64,000 bases of DNA from Octopus sinensis. Lineage: Eukaryota. The stretch covers positions 43,152,001-43,216,000 of the forward strand of contig NC_043007.1 in the NCBI RefSeq assembly GCF_006345805.1. The letters are read 5' to 3'. A program made the position numbers and the translations under genes. Within the stretch, counting starts at the first letter, position 1, and each line of letters opens with the position of its first letter. The notes below the pieces were generated by a model, which had not been told where the DNA came from, did not search any database, and was given only the letters and a program-made list of their open reading frames with translations. Positions 12,455 through 26,390 of this stretch are shown here, one piece after another.

Positions 12455-12800
12455 ATGGTAAACTCATACAGGATAACAGACATCAATAGTATTAACAACC
12501 ACAACAATCATAGAAAAACCTGGAATAAACTATCTTCAAAGAAGCATGTAAAGGAAACAGCAGTATAATGTGATTGGAGTGAGCTGAAACAGGATTCAAT
12601 TTATAACAAGGAAGCAATCCACATCCTTTCCTACCAATTTCATCAATGCTCTTACTAGAAATACAAAACAACCTTCATCATATCCCCTACATGTGCCCAC
12701 TGCTAAAAGAACTGTAGCAATAGCCTACTTCTACCTGACTTGAACAGTACCAGAGAGGCAAGATAAACTATGTTATTTATGCTGTTTTACTTTGGTTTAC

Positions 12801-12905
12801 TTGTTAATAAACTCCAGACTTTCAAAGTGACATTCCAATTAGGACTTGACAGGTGGTCTTTGATCTTTAGAAGCTGATAAACTTTGGTGAAGTTCTTTGG
12901 AAGAA
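12801..12905 (-). CDS. Candidate 105-nt internal exon, product unknown
   Basis: ttgtattttag acceptor, gtaaac donor, phase 1-1, open frame LPKNFTKVYQLLKIKDHLSSPNWNVTLKVWSLLT. No homology recognised. Confidence 0.2.
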
Positions 12906-13039
12906 CTAAAATACAATGCCTATAAATTGGCTAAGTGAGAATATGCATTTGTGAGCGCAGGAATATGTGTGTGCATGTGCACATGCATTTCATGCACAAT
13001 TAAAATACATATGTAATTTATCGTAGGTTATGGGCCACT

Positions 13040-13200
13040 GCAACAGCCCTGACTGAGCATACCTTTGGTCAAAGGCATTTCAATAACGACCATTCCATCT
13101 CTCTTCAGGTACAGTACATTGGTGGTCATACTTTTTAAGATAATGTGGGGTTATTTGTCAGAGACTTGCTTGCTATTTCTAATAGGTTGAGTAATGCATA
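13040..13200 (-). repeat. Dispersed repeat family B copy
   Basis: CAGCCCTGACTGAGCATACCTTTGGTCAAAGGCATT is the reverse complement of the family B motif. Confidence 0.55.
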
Positions 13201-14682
13201 GAAGTTCTCATGCTGGCTGGACTCAATTTACTATATACTTTCATTTTACAAAATGATCTTTAAATGTAGATAAAAATAATGGTTATAACTGTTAAAGAAT
13301 CAATTCTAAATAGCAGAGATATTTGATATGTTAAATACAGCAACCAAAATGTTCATCTACATACATGGTTTGTAGACTAGAAATAGCAAGTTTTTATTTG
13401 AATTAAGTTTATTTTTATCTTATCATTTGGTTAAATATATATAGATAAACTATAAATGGTTTAACTCTTTTGTTATATATTTCTGTTGAAGTAAACTGCC
13501 TTTGCTTCAATTAATTTTATAAATAATGCAGAATTTAGTGAATCAACTTAATCATTATTGAACTGAAGTTTGGAACATGAATATGAAATTTTGATGGAAG
13601 ATTTTAATTTAGATCATTTTGAAATGGAAAGTTTGTATCACAGAACTAGAGGCTGTCTCAAAGTTGGAGAAATAAACCAACAGTTGAAAAGCCAGACTAG
13701 GAAGTAAAAAAACCCTTCCTAACTACCTTTTCAAAAGACAATACTCACCTTTAGTTCCATTATGCTAAGAATTAAATCTGTCTTTGGATACAGAAACATT
13801 ATACTTCAGGTAACATTTCCAGAAAATCTGGTACAGGTGATTTGAACTCAAGAACCATGAGCAAATAGTACATTACCATATCCACACAATCATTTCATCT
13901 TCAGAAAAAATATTTACATAGATCACAGGGCTCTCAAAAGATCAGAACTCTCCATAAGATTCAGTAGTATGAAATAGATAAGAAATGAATAACCCTCTCC
14001 ATAAGATATTAATTACTAGACAAGATTATATACCATCCCTTAGCTACCTTATTCTACTCGCACATTTTTGTTTCAATACAGACAACACTTTTTATAAATA
14101 CATAATTATTTAAAATCAAACATTATATAACTGTTAAATAGAACATATTCCGATTCATACGAAAGAGTATGTATGTATTTACAGTCAAAATAGGTAATCA
14201 ATATTTAATTTTAATCTTCAACTGCGAAAAATCAGTGATAAAATATTCTGACTTGCCCAATTATGCATTACATCTGTATAATTTGCCAACACACTGAAGT
14301 ATCTTAACACACAGGTAGGAAAACACAGCTATATTCTAATTAGCAGTTTTGTATTTAATTATCAGATAAATTCATTTTTACTTTTGTTTTATTTTTTACT
14401 CTTTGGTTGTTCCATTGTCATATGTCAAAAAAGAGGTAAAATTTATTCAAATTTCAAAAACAACATACAAAAGTTGGAGAGAAAGAATATTGCTACTAAA
14501 AAAACATAAAACACCAGAATAAAAATATTTTTCATGCTAATTCAAATAACATTGATAGGAATTGAAATTAAAATGGAAACAAAATAAATGAGCATATCTG
14601 ACAACCCATATTTTTCAATCTTACTAATATCAATAGTTAAAAATGTACAAATTTCTAATGAATTATCAAGTCTCTTGATTAA

Positions 14683-15105
14683 TCTTTTATCTTTTCTCTT
14701 TTACTTATTTTAGTCATTGGAGTGCAGTCATGCTGGGGCTCTGCCTTGAAGGGTTTTAATCAAACAAATGAACCCCATATTTCTTTCTTGTTTATTTTTC
14801 TGAACCTAGTACTTTAGTGTCCTTTTGCTGAACCGTCAAGTTACAGGGATGCAAACAAACCAACCCCATTTGTCAAGTGGTGCTTGAGGGACAAACACAC
14901 ACATGTGCATGCACACACACACAGACACACACACACACATACAAGGTGTCTCTTTCAATTTTCATCTATCAAATCCACTCACAAGTCTTTGTTCAGCCTG
15001 GAATATCATAAGAAGACACTTACACAAGGTGCCACGCAGTGGGAATTGAACTCAGAACTATGTGTTCAGAAAGCAAACTTCTTACTACATAGCCATGCCT
15101 GCATC
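14683..15105 (-). mobile_element. tRNA-derived SINE (OR-like)
   Basis: Aligns end to end with 1668-2043. Confidence 0.8.
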
Positions 15106-15899
15106 TATGATTACCTATTGTAGTTTAATTAATTAAAAAACACCAATGTTCATTCATTTATTAGTGTATTAGTGGTTTTAGAAGTGGATATACTTTCAAA
15201 CATAAAACAATTATATATCAGTTGATAGTAGTATCCATTTCAGGGAGAGTCAACTAAAGTAAATAAAGCCTTATTTTTTGAACTCATGACCTTTGGGTTC
15301 AGCACAATAACAACGAATATAGGGTCTACATCATAGCTATTACAATGTAGATAACAATTTAACTAGATTTATCCTTTATTAAAAAAATAACATAGGATAC
15401 TTTCAGCTCTTTTAGTAGTTTGATATGCTTCAATACACACTATAAACACAAAAGATTGTGTCAGTATGTGTATGAGGTGTGCTGATATATACAAAGACAC
15501 AGCCATGAAAAAACATAAGCATAAACATATGGAATGAACATGAGCATCCACATACACAATGCCATAAGTGTCAATTTAGTCATTGCCACCTAGTATAGCC
15601 AATCACCTCTATTGCCACACCTCACCACCTATGCAAGCTAAATGTATACAAATTACTCTTAATGTCAAGCTGTGTATTCTCTGTCTATTCACTCTCTAAT
15701 TTAGCTCAAACTTTCAAAAGTCATGGCAAATGTCAACATTCAAATGGACACAAGTGTTTACCTATGAGCATATGTGTAGAAAGAAAATTGTATGCTTTTT
15801 TTTTAGTATATAACTGAGAGATTTTTTTCTTCTTTATATGATATAATGATATATGATGTGAATATGTCCATGTTTGCATGTGTGTAAATGATGACATAT

Positions 15900-15953
15900 T
15901 GCTATATTTGAATATATATATTTATATATGTATGCATGTATGTATATATATAC

Positions 15954-15991
<38 letters not shown>

Positions 15992-16032
15992 ATGTGTGTG
16001 TATACATACATAATTATATACACATATACATA

Positions 16033-16071
<39 letters not shown>

Positions 16072-16250
16072 GCATATATATATATATGCATGTGTATATA
16101 TATATATATATATATGATATATATATACACACACATGTATATAGTATATATACACATATATACATACACACACACACACACACATATGTACATATGTATA
16201 TACATATATATATATATTAAACAATGATTATGATGATGATGATGATGATA
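15900..16250. repeat. Compound (TA)n/(TG)n/(CA)n/(GAT)n microsatellite
   Basis: Direct inspection. Confidence 0.95.
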
Positions 16251-16251
16251 T

Positions 16252-17175
16252 ATGCATATGGGAAACCTTGTTGCATGTAATCAAGCCTTATGCATAACAC
16301 TTACAGAAATGCACCTAAAACCAGATATAGCAAATGTAGAAATAGACATACCACAATATGTTGTATTACGGACCAACAGAAAAGAAAGGAGTCACAGTGG
16401 AGTTGCTATGTACATCTGCGAAGACCTCACACCCCAGGTCCTTTTGTCACACTCAAATTCAGTATGTGACACCCTAATTGTACATATAAAACAACTCGAT
16501 GTAGTTATATGTACTACATATCGCCCTCCAGATGCTCCAAATCACACGGACAAGTTTGAAAACTGCCTTACAAAAATAGAAGTTCTAGTTACATTAGAAC
16601 AACACATAAGTGTACTTCTTATGGGAGACTTCAATCTGTCCAATGTTGGATGGCCTGAAGGCCCTTCTCTCCCAGGAATGGTACGTTGCAAACAAGGACA
16701 GCTGAATTCCCTCTTGAACTTCATCAACACTTTGTATATGGAACAAACTCCAAGCAACCAGGGCAGGTAATATACTGGATCTCTGCTTCACAAATAATAT
16801 GGATTTCATCCATAATGTGAAAGTAACTCCAACACTACTCTTGGATCACAACATGGTAGAAATGACCATATATGGACCAAAGGAAACTATGGATATGCAG
16901 CCTACAAGAAACTCTCAAAATCTTTCTAGTTTGAACTTTCATAAGGCAAATTGGAAACAAATTGAGAAAAATCCTCAAACAAAACTGGCCTAAATATCTC
17001 TCCTCGCCAGACACTGACATGAAACTTCAACAATTCATGTCTGTAGCGCAAACCATATGCTACAAATGTGTCCCAGAGAGAAAGGCCACAAGGACAAAAT
17101 CCCCAGGGAGAGCAAAATTCTTAATGGACGGCATACAAAAATTTCAAATCGATTAACAAAAAAATTGAAAGCAGC
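16252..17175 (+). pseudogene. CR1-like LINE ORF2 fragment: AP-like endonuclease and linker
   Basis: ITLTEMHL, SGVAMYI, YRPP, LMGDFN, TRAGNILDLCF and LDHN motifs; frameshifted; no RT follows. Confidence 0.85.
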
Positions 17176-17410
17176 AAAAAGCCTTCACAAGAATAAAAAA
17201 GAGAGACAAACAGAAAAAAGGAAAATGTCCCTTGCATTTGAAAACTATGGTAATATTTTAAAAAACATTTCATTTAATTTTTCCACAATTTTATTGTTTT
17301 TCATGCTTTACTCTAAGTTAAAAAAGTTGCAAAGACTGAAACTGGTACTAAAATGTTCTTCATGATAAAATCATTTTAGCATTTTCTACCTTGTCTTATT
17401 TCCCTTACAT
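17175..17410 (+). mobile_element. Solo terminal repeat of the Neptune-like PLE, with decayed HHR at 17318-17350
   Basis: Homologous to the reverse complement of about 8990-9190; UUAAAAA AGUU GCAAA GACU GAAA CUGG UA. Confidence 0.75.
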
Positions 17411-17494
17411 ATACATAAATATACATATAGGGGGAGAATTCCCCAAAAAACAAAAGACGAAGGTGGTGTAGACAACAAACAGAAGTGAAAATGT

Positions 17495-17530
17495 CTTTAA
17501 TGTTTCAAGCCTATGCTCTTCCACAGAAAG
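17495..17530 (-). ncRNA. Decayed minimal HHR-like motif with CUGUNGA core
   Basis: CUUU CUGUGGA A GAGC AUAG GCUU GAAA CA UU AAAG; same family as 28131-28166. Confidence 0.5.
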
Positions 17531-17582
17531 GAACACAGAAAGAAACAAGAGAAAATAAAGAGAGAAAATTATATATATATAT

Positions 17583-17614
<32 letters not shown>

Positions 17615-17862
17615 GAGAAGGTAACTCAGGTAACTGGGATAACTCCGACATAAAACCTGCGGCTCAGTGGTTACTGATGATGTTGACGTGTTCTTCTTTT
17701 CGGATTATGGCTGCTGTTGCTTAGTGAGTGGGATTGACTCAGTGCACAGCCTTTCCTCACTTCAAAAAAACATCTTCTTGCACAGGCATTGCACAATAAC
17801 AACATTGATTAAGCTGCGTGCAGTGGCCATACTTGATAACGAGGGGGCAGCCTGTATGTATG

Positions 17863-17913
<51 letters not shown>

Positions 17914-17954
17914 AATAGTATATAAATATAATTACAGCACCAAGGTGAGTGTAG

Positions 17955-18491
17955 CACACCAACATGCTTGAAATAGATGCTAAAAACTCTATAAACCACC
18001 TATTATTTTACTCGGTTAGCAGAGGTTGAAAGCGAGCTAGTGAATCAATCAGATATCAAAAGAAAGGTTGCCTATAGATTGCTGATTGATTTCAGGCTAA
18101 GGGAAGTAAATTCCCTGTGCTGTCATCAGTATAGGATGCCAAAGAATATATATGTAGATATCTAAACATACCATATGAACAAACTTGTATCCACACAAAT
18201 TTATACAGATATCCACATGTATAGACTTTTCCAAATCTAATTTCTTTACCACAAACCAGATGCTTTTTCAATCAAAATAAATACTGTAGTAAATATTAGA
18301 TTAATTAATTAATGAAGGATAAAACCATTTAATGACTCCATCAAGTGGCTAGCATGTTAACTCCATTTAGGAAAGTATTTATACTGATATATAATTATAT
18401 AGATATAATTATAGCAGAAGGGTGTGCATAGACACACCAACATGCTTGAAATAGATGCTAAAAGCTCTATAAATCACCTATTATTTTACTC
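17955..18491. repeat. 59-bp direct repeats 478 bp apart (17955-18013, 18433-18491)
   Basis: 57/59 identical; they bracket the HHR at 18071-18135. Confidence 0.85.
18071..18135 (-). ncRNA. Type-I HHR motif with extended stem II
   Basis: CCUAUA CUGAUGA ..AGGGAA/UUCCCU hairpin.. GAAA UCAAUCAGCAA UC UAUAGG. The stem III mismatches are explained by two CpG-to-CpA changes. Confidence 0.65.
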
Positions 18492-18507
18492 CATTAGCAC
18501 AGGTATG

Positions 18508-18648
18508 GATTAAAACAGCTTGATTCAAATTCTGTGCTTATCCTCAACCATTGGAAATTTGTATCAAATTTCTAGTGGTTGAGGATAAGCATTTTCTTAT
18601 GCTTTGAAACTTTAAGTACCATGGTATTTGAATCAAACTATTTTCATC
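18508..18648. mobile_element. Palindromic fold-back MITE-like element with a deletion in the left arm
   Basis: Perfect 16-bp arms 18535-18550 / 18576-18591; outer arms AAAACAGCTTGATTCAAAT / ATTTGAATCAAACTATTTT. Confidence 0.7.
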
Positions 18649-18882
18649 TGTACTTACATATGTATGTATATCATATGTATCATATATATAATATAAATGT
18701 GTGCAAATATTTGTATATATGTATATATATATAATTTATCTATTTTATATGTGTGTATGTGTGTTTTGTGTGTATAACAAGACTACTTGTATGGTGATGC
18801 TCATTTACAACTATCATATGGATGTTAAGACAAGGAAACGCAAACATATACACACACACACACATGTACACACACTCCTGTG

Positions 18883-19028
18883 CGATGGCTTCAGTTTCCA
18901 CATACCAAATCCATTCATAAGTCTTTGGACAGCCTCGGGTTATATAGTAGAAGACCTTTTCTTGATGTGCCACACAGTGACACTATGTGGTTGAGAAGAA
19001 CAACTCTTAACAGCACAACCATACTTGA
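18883..19028 (-). mobile_element. OR-like SINE 5' part
   Basis: Matches the head and CORE-like region of other copies. Confidence 0.7.
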
Positions 19029-19861
19029 ACCTCAATGAACTTCTTAAACATTTGACCATGCTTGCATCCAGTAGCCACAATTATGTATGTTACATATGTA
19101 TTTGTGTAGAAGTGTAAGACACTGTTGAAAATTTTCTTCTACATTCTCTTATGATAAACAATATTAATAATACACAGCAAAGTGTGTTATACAAATAAAT
19201 TTGCAAGTGTGTGTTTATTTGTGTTCAATAAATATTCTCAATAAACACCCATGTTTGCTTTTGAGTATGTTTTGTTAAACATGCGTATTTGAGTTTTAAT
19301 TACACATTCACCAACACAAATATACACAACCATCTAAAAACATATACCTTTGTGTGCATTCTGTGTTAATGTGTGAGTGTAATGTGCCTGTGTATGGAGG
19401 GAAAGGAGATCAGCCAAGGCTTGTTTGTGAGTTATTCTTAGAAAGTAATCATAAGAAAAAACTTAATGTGTGTGTATGTGCACATGTGCATGCATGTGTG
19501 TTGTATGTATTTCTCGTCAGCAAATATATTTCAAAACCATATATACTGAACAAACATATTAACATATAATACCAAATTTAGATGCACTTAAGTAAATACA
19601 GTGTCAACACGCAAAACAAATCCTGCATGTTGTCTTGATAAACACATCAGTTGAACACCAACAGTGGCCTCAGCATGTCATTTTGATATGAGTCACTGAC
19701 TCAGTGGAAGGATTTATTATAGTTCAATTACTTCTATTATTATAACTCCACACCATATAGTGGAGTTGTGGCAGATATGGTACAGAAGCAACTTAAATGC
19801 TTTTACCTCTAGTTTCCATAGTACTATATTTGTTTTATTTGTTTATTTTTCTTTCATTTAA

Positions 19862-20060
19862 CCCTTTAGAACTCACATTACTGTATCAAATGTACTACGT
19901 ATTTATTCACATTGTTTCGAATCAATTATGAATTAATGATGTAATTATTTAGTTTTAGGACGACACTGTAGGAGAAGTGTGTGAGGCCAGATTTGGCTGG
20001 TTTGAACATAAAAAAGGTAAAATATTTGGGCCAGATGTGGCTTGTTCAAATGCTAAAGGG
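19862..20060. mobile_element. piggyBac-type MITE, family P1
   Basis: TTAA TSDs; TIR CCCTTTAG(A/C)A; second copy at 42954-43167. Confidence 0.85.
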
Positions 20061-21229
20061 TTAAAGTCAGCCAGGATTGACTTTGTCTTTCTTCCTTCTG
20101 AGAGTCAATACTAGATATAATATATTGAGGGTTATTCCAATGAATTACACTTCTCCCTTTGCCTATAAATTTATCGTTCTTGTCATTGTGTGGCCTTAGG
20201 TCAGCCCTTGATGAATCAGATTTATGCTTGAAGGTATTCCTGCTGTGACCATCCAATCTTTTTCCCGATATAATGTAGCCAATACTACATTATTGCATTT
20301 TTTGAAAAAAGTAGAGTTTGGTTTGAAGCAAATTTGTCTGCTATTTCTAGGAAGACAAATGACCTACTATAAGCTTCCATGGCAGCTTTAATATTTGGTA
20401 ATAAATATAGGTGAGGACTGAATAATTTTGCAAAATAGTATTTCTCCAGCTGTCCATATTTTGGATCATTTCATTTGCAAACATGGATTGTCCTACATCC
20501 ACTGTATCTTACTCCACTACTGTAACTTTCTTCTATAAGAACTTTTAGTGAATATCTCACCACAGATAGACACAAAAGCTTGAGTATGGACATGTGGTTA
20601 AGAATAAACATATGGTTAAGATGCTACTGTGCTACATCATTGGTAAGTGCCTCCTAGTTTAGTATCATGTTGATCATTACTTTGTGAGTGGGATTCGGTA
20701 GATACAAACTGCACAGAAGCTTACTGTATGTGTGAATCAAGACATGATGGTCACAGCTGGAAAGCAACTGATTGTATATCTACTCAATCAAGGCTGAACA
20801 ATATAAAGTAAGTAGTAGAATCTGCCTGGGGATCAGTGAAGCAGCATTTTTACTATTCAGGCAGCACGTTCAGCTATTAGATATAAATAAACCTGAAGAT
20901 AGGAAACAAAACATGTTTATACAAGCACATATACATATAACTGTAAATGTTTAGAAAGAATTCCAGTGGGGTTGTCGATAGAAGCTGAGCAAAGAAATTT
21001 TAGTGCAACCAAAGTCTTATTGAAGAGATACAAAATAAATAAAGCCCTTCCCTTTCAAAAGAAATTTTCAATACGAAAATATAACCATGATAGCAAATAG
21101 ATGTAAGGAGAGAAAAACAGATTCAACTCATTGTAACAGACATTTGAGAACAAACTTGATGGTAGGACAAAGATAAAATTAACTTATTACAGAAAAAAAT
21201 AACATTTCTGAAGATTATATATATATATC

Positions 21230-21231
21230 AA

Positions 21232-21264
<33 letters not shown>

Positions 21265-22475
21265 AATCAATGTCTGCCTTCCATGCTGTCATGGAGAGGA
21301 CAGTTTGACAAGAGCTGGCCAGGCAGAAGCCTGCACCAGACTTCTGTAACTGTTTTGGCAGTTTTTGCAGCTGGATGCCCTTCCTAACACCAACCACTCA
21401 GCAGAGTGAACTTAGTGCTTTTTTGTGTGGCACAAGCACAGGTGAGGTCAGTTTTGGCAAGGTTTTTACAGCTGGATGCCCTTCCAAACACCAACCACTT
21501 TACAGTGTGGACTGGGTGCTTTTAAGTGACCTGCACTGACAGGGTCACCAAGTACTTGTAAGACAAAAAAAAGCTCTTTTGAGAAGGAAGGGAGCATTGG
21601 ACGAGGTGATCCTATGTCGGATGATGAAAGGTTATAGTGAGGCAGAGAGCCAGAAACAGGTGTCTTGCTATAGAGGAGGTACAATGTTACCCAGCGAGGG
21701 AGAGGACAGAGATAGAGAGAGAGAGGTGGAGATCAGGAATGAAGACAGAAACAGGTCTTCCCAAACTCAGGGAAGTGCAGCAGAAGAAGAGAGAGAGAAA
21801 GAGACAGCAGGATAGAGATGGTGGCAAAGTGCTGGGTATATGCAATGATACAGTGAGACATGATGTGGGTGGAACACACAGGTGAGAAGTTAGCAGATAG
21901 CAATGATACAGTAGCACAGGGCCAAGAGGACAGGATTGGGGAGTGGAAGGTAAACCTAGTGCATGAAGTGGATATGTGAGGAAGAGAAAAGATGTAAATT
22001 GGTTTGTTGTGGTAGAACGTGTGAGAAATTTTCTTGTTAAGTGTGGGCGGGGGACACACCACTTCTAGAACTCAGTTTCACTGACATGGGCAGGTCTTCT
22101 CACGAACTTCATATCGCCAGACATCTCAGGCCATTGTCATTTCCTTAGTGAGGCCCAAAATCCTAAGATCAGTCCTTACCACTTCATCTCACATCTTTCT
22201 GGGTCTCCTTCTTTCACAGGCACCAACTACTTTCAGTGATCAACACTTCTTTATGCAGCTGTCCTCATTCATATACATCACATGTTCAAACCAACGTAGT
22301 TTTCTTTCTTGCATGCTACATTTGACTCCTTTTATGCCCAACTTTTCTCTCAATACATTTGCACTTTGTCATACATGTGCACTGATGTTGCACATCCAGC
22401 AGAACTTCATTTCTCTCCAGTCTATGCATATCTTCTACATTCAGAGCTCATGTCTCACTACCATAGAGTATAGCT
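21230..22475 (-). mobile_element. Decayed RTE LINE 3' fragment with (GAT)n tail
   Basis: Reverse strand reads AILYGSET*ALNVEDMHRLERNE, homologous to the RTE at 62715-64000. The 3' UTR module is duplicated at about 21371 and 21471. Confidence 0.8.
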
Positions 22476-22572
22476 GAAAGGATGAAAGGCAAATTTGAAC
22501 TCAGAACTTAAAGCCAGAAGAAATACCACTAAGCAATTTGATCAGTGTTCTAATGAATCTGCTAGTTCACCA
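22476..22572 (-). mobile_element. SINE family M, 5' part
   Basis: Matches the head of 8009-8221. Confidence 0.7.
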
Positions 22573-23607
22573 CATTGGCAGAGAGAGAATGGATGGATTG
22601 AAAGAGAAAATGAATAAGTGGAAGGACTGTATAGAGACAAAAGATATGAAGTAAAAAAAACTAAAGTAATAGGAAGTGGTAAAGTATGTGGTGAAGTGGA
22701 AAGAACAGGGAAGTGACCATATGCAGAGGGCAGGGAGGGTGTTGAAGCAAATTCTATTAAATGTATAATATATGCCAGGTGGGTTCACTGAAAATGTAGT
22801 AATTTGTCAGTGATGGTCATACTCATCCCTGAGCTGACAGCCGTCATGCATGCATGTATGTTATCAGTAGTACTCAAGAGCAACCTGACATATGTGTGCA
22901 TGTGTGTGTCTGTGTGTAAAGGGTCACTCTTAAATGCTACTGGTAACATGTGATCCAGTATAACCTGTTGCATGGTCAGGCCAACAATGACGAAACCAGT
23001 AACACCATCAAGCTTGCTTGGTGAGTAGGGTGGCTTTTAAATTTATTTTACAAAACTGTTCAGCTAATTTGTAAGTTTGTCTAATTAGTCACTGTTTTTA
23101 TGTATTTAAGGTAGTAAATTAGCCAAATTCTACTTAAACAAGCATAGTGTTATTTGTAAACTATAATAAAATATTTTTTAATAAAAATAATAATGAAATC
23201 ATTGTATACAGTGCTCAATATTCAAATTTTAATTTTAGCCGCAATATTCTAAGTAAGAAGTTTCTTATTCTTTACTTGAAGTAATAGTTTGTCCTATGCT
23301 TTTACAGGTATAATAACTTGTCCTGTACTTTTCCAGGTTTATAATCTTAAGAATATGACTTTTAATGCTCGCATTTTTCCATGTAATCCATGGTTCTCCC
23401 TGGCATTGCTGTTATAAGATAGTTAATAATGTATCGATTAATAATTTAAGATTTTACCTTATAAAATACTGGGTAGGGGGATACATTGGCTGCTTTTTTT
23501 AGCGTGTCAAGCGACCAGGTAGAGGCTCTTTCATTGGTTTGATTACCTGATGAGATTTTTTTAAACATTTATGTATAATATGCATATATATCATGGGCAG
23601 AAGTTAG

Positions 23608-23657
23608 AGAGTAAGTCAAAAGCTGAGAGTTTCGTGTATTGGTACTTATCAAACTCT
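23608..23657 (-). ncRNA. Decayed HHR, same family as 30280-30329
   Basis: AGAGU UUGAUAA GUAC CAAU ACAC GAAA CUC UCAGCUUUU GAC UU ACUCU. Confidence 0.65.
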
Positions 23658-23804
23658 GGTACTTGTGACGAAATAACTTCTAAAATACAAAATTTTGCCA
23701 ACAAAGTAAACCCTGTTGTATGTGACACATTGTACCAATATCGGAAGTTTCAAAGTGTTTAGTTTTAAAAATTAATTAAATAATCTATGTCAAATTGAAT
23801 AGAT

Positions 23805-23925
23805 CCAAAATGGATAAAAAGCAAAGTCAAGCTCAGCGGAATCTGAACTCAAAATGTAAACATAGGTGAAATATACGGCTAAGCATTTCACTCGGCACGT
23901 TAACGCTTCTGCCAACACGCTACCT
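23805..23925 (-). mobile_element. SINE family M, 5' part
   Basis: Matches the head of 8009-8221. Confidence 0.7.
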
Positions 23926-24392
23926 TAGAATGTAAGCATCCATTTTAGTAATATATTCTTTATTCTTATTGCTAAGCGTTACTTCCTTACTCTCTTACTT
24001 GCTGATATGAAATTTCGTGGCATTTCACCCCATAACTTTTCTTCTACTAATTTTTGTTCAATATGACTAACAACTCTGAATTCCTCACACATTTTTCTAT
24101 CATTTAAGCCTAAGAAAAGTATACCTTTATTTTAAAATTAAAAAGTTTATGTTAATTGAAGGTGAATAGGTGCCTTACTGACCCCTTGAGGTCGCAGATA
24201 TTTTGATGTAATTTTTTCAACTGAACCAAATCTCAAACTATTTATGCCAAAGTGTAGCTGAGAAGGTGTCTTCTTTAAAACTGTTAACAGTTTGCAATTT
24301 AGTCAAGAACTGAATTAGTGGTAAAGCTTGGAAGCTGCTGTGACTGACTAAATGGTGGACTTAATATATTCAACCACTACCGTGGCTGAATG

Positions 24393-24450
<58 letters not shown>

Positions 24451-25448
24451 GCCCAAGGACTTATATCGACTGTTAGACTCTCATACATCAAATATGATAG
24501 GAGAATCTGCTATATATATATGTATATATATAATGTACAGATATAAAAACACATACATTAACATATATACAAACACACATATGCATATATACAAACACAT
24601 ACAATATAGATATATACAAATGCTTATACATATATGTATGCATACCACACACACACACACGTTCATACAAGTGCATGAACATGCATTTACACACAAACAC
24701 ACTATGCAAATACAGAAGCATAGATGTGCACTATAATATATACAAAAAATCTTGAAAAATCCTCTGCGAGAACTTCTCACTCAATGCAGAAAAATATGAT
24801 GTCAAAAAACAAAAATATTAATAAAAAAAAATTAACAATACTTTTTTAAAATAAAACAAAATAATGAAAAAGTATATACAAAAAGTTTTGTAAAAGATCT
24901 CAGATAGAAGTGTAGCAGAAAGATAGGTATTTGTAGGGACACCGACACACAGACAGAGGTGAAATATATAAATAAAACACAACACAAGAAAACAAAACCA
25001 CGAAAAAGTTAAGAGAAAGAAGAGGAGGAGGTGAACACAAGAAGAATGATGGATTATCTAGATTGACGAACGAATGAAAATGCAAGAAATGCATAATTAG
25101 CCTCGAGCCGTTGCAATCAAAGAGGAATCTTCTTTCGAGGGAAAAAGATGGTGGGGAGGAAATGGACAGAACAGAAGCAAAACTAAATCTGGTGTGTGTG
25201 TGTGTTTGTAATTTGAGATATGGAAAAGAAAGAGGGAGAGAAAGAGAAGGGGTAAGAAAGAGAAAGAGTGGAGACAGTGAAAGAGAATGAAGAACGTGCA
25301 GGCACATTGCATTTGCATGCACATCTGATTGTACACATACACAAATCCACAACCAAATATGTAACTACACCGAACACATACACAACAATAGACAGACATG
25401 CAAACCCTTACGTGAATGTATAATCATGCACAAACATTAATATGCATG

Positions 25449-25512
<64 letters not shown>

Positions 25513-25869
25513 AATATATACACATTCTTGTACACAGACATGCAGAGACTCTTCTCGGAAGATGTATGAGTCATACCAAACTGAATAACAGGTTTAACAA
25601 GACAAACCAACATTCAGCAACAGATGTTAGGAGTTCTTGAACATGTGTTTGTCAATATTTCTGTCTCAGAGTTAATGCTTCCATAAACATTAGTAAAAAA
25701 ATTTCGTAGGGTTTTAATTGATGAAGGTATTTTGTGTGTGGAAGAGAGAGAGAGTAGAAAACTGATGTAGAAATAAAAGAGGTGAAATAAAAGAAGATGA
25801 GCAAGCAAGAGAAATGGATAAACTAGAAGAATACTTAAAAAATGAATTTTATATTAATGTAATAGCATT

Positions 25870-25928
<59 letters not shown>

Positions 25929-26017
25929 CATACATACATGCACATGCACACACAATATCTATATTATGTTTGTATGTGTGAATGTATATACACACACGCG
26001 CACACACACACACACAT

Positions 26018-26060
<43 letters not shown>

Positions 26061-26350
26061 CATGCATATATATATTGTAGCATACAGAGTTCAGTGCTAT
26101 CTTCCTGAAAAGGTTAGAGTAGCAGAGCTGGCACAGTGGGTATAGTAGTGTTGTGGAGATGATTCAAATCTTAATGCAGTTCTTTATATTGTTAAGTGCA
26201 AATCTTGATAGAATCACCACTGCTTCACATAAAACAGGAATCAATAAAATAAAAATCAATAAATTAGGTACCAATAATGTAATGAAATTTAATATCTATT
26301 TAGTTGATGTTAGTTTGTGATTGTTCACCCCCCCTCTCTCTCTCTTTCTT

Positions 26351-26390
<40 letters not shown>

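Noticed and set aside
13741-13810. Strong minus-strand donor AG|GTGAGT at 13749
   Set aside because: No convincing acceptor or open exon upstream.
16252-16770. 172-aa ORF as a host endonuclease gene
   Set aside because: Its motifs and frameshifted continuation match a LINE AP-endonuclease fragment.
17620-17860. CpG-containing unique insert between microsatellites
   Set aside because: Probably a retroelement UTR scrap; no ORF, TIR or fold could be supported.
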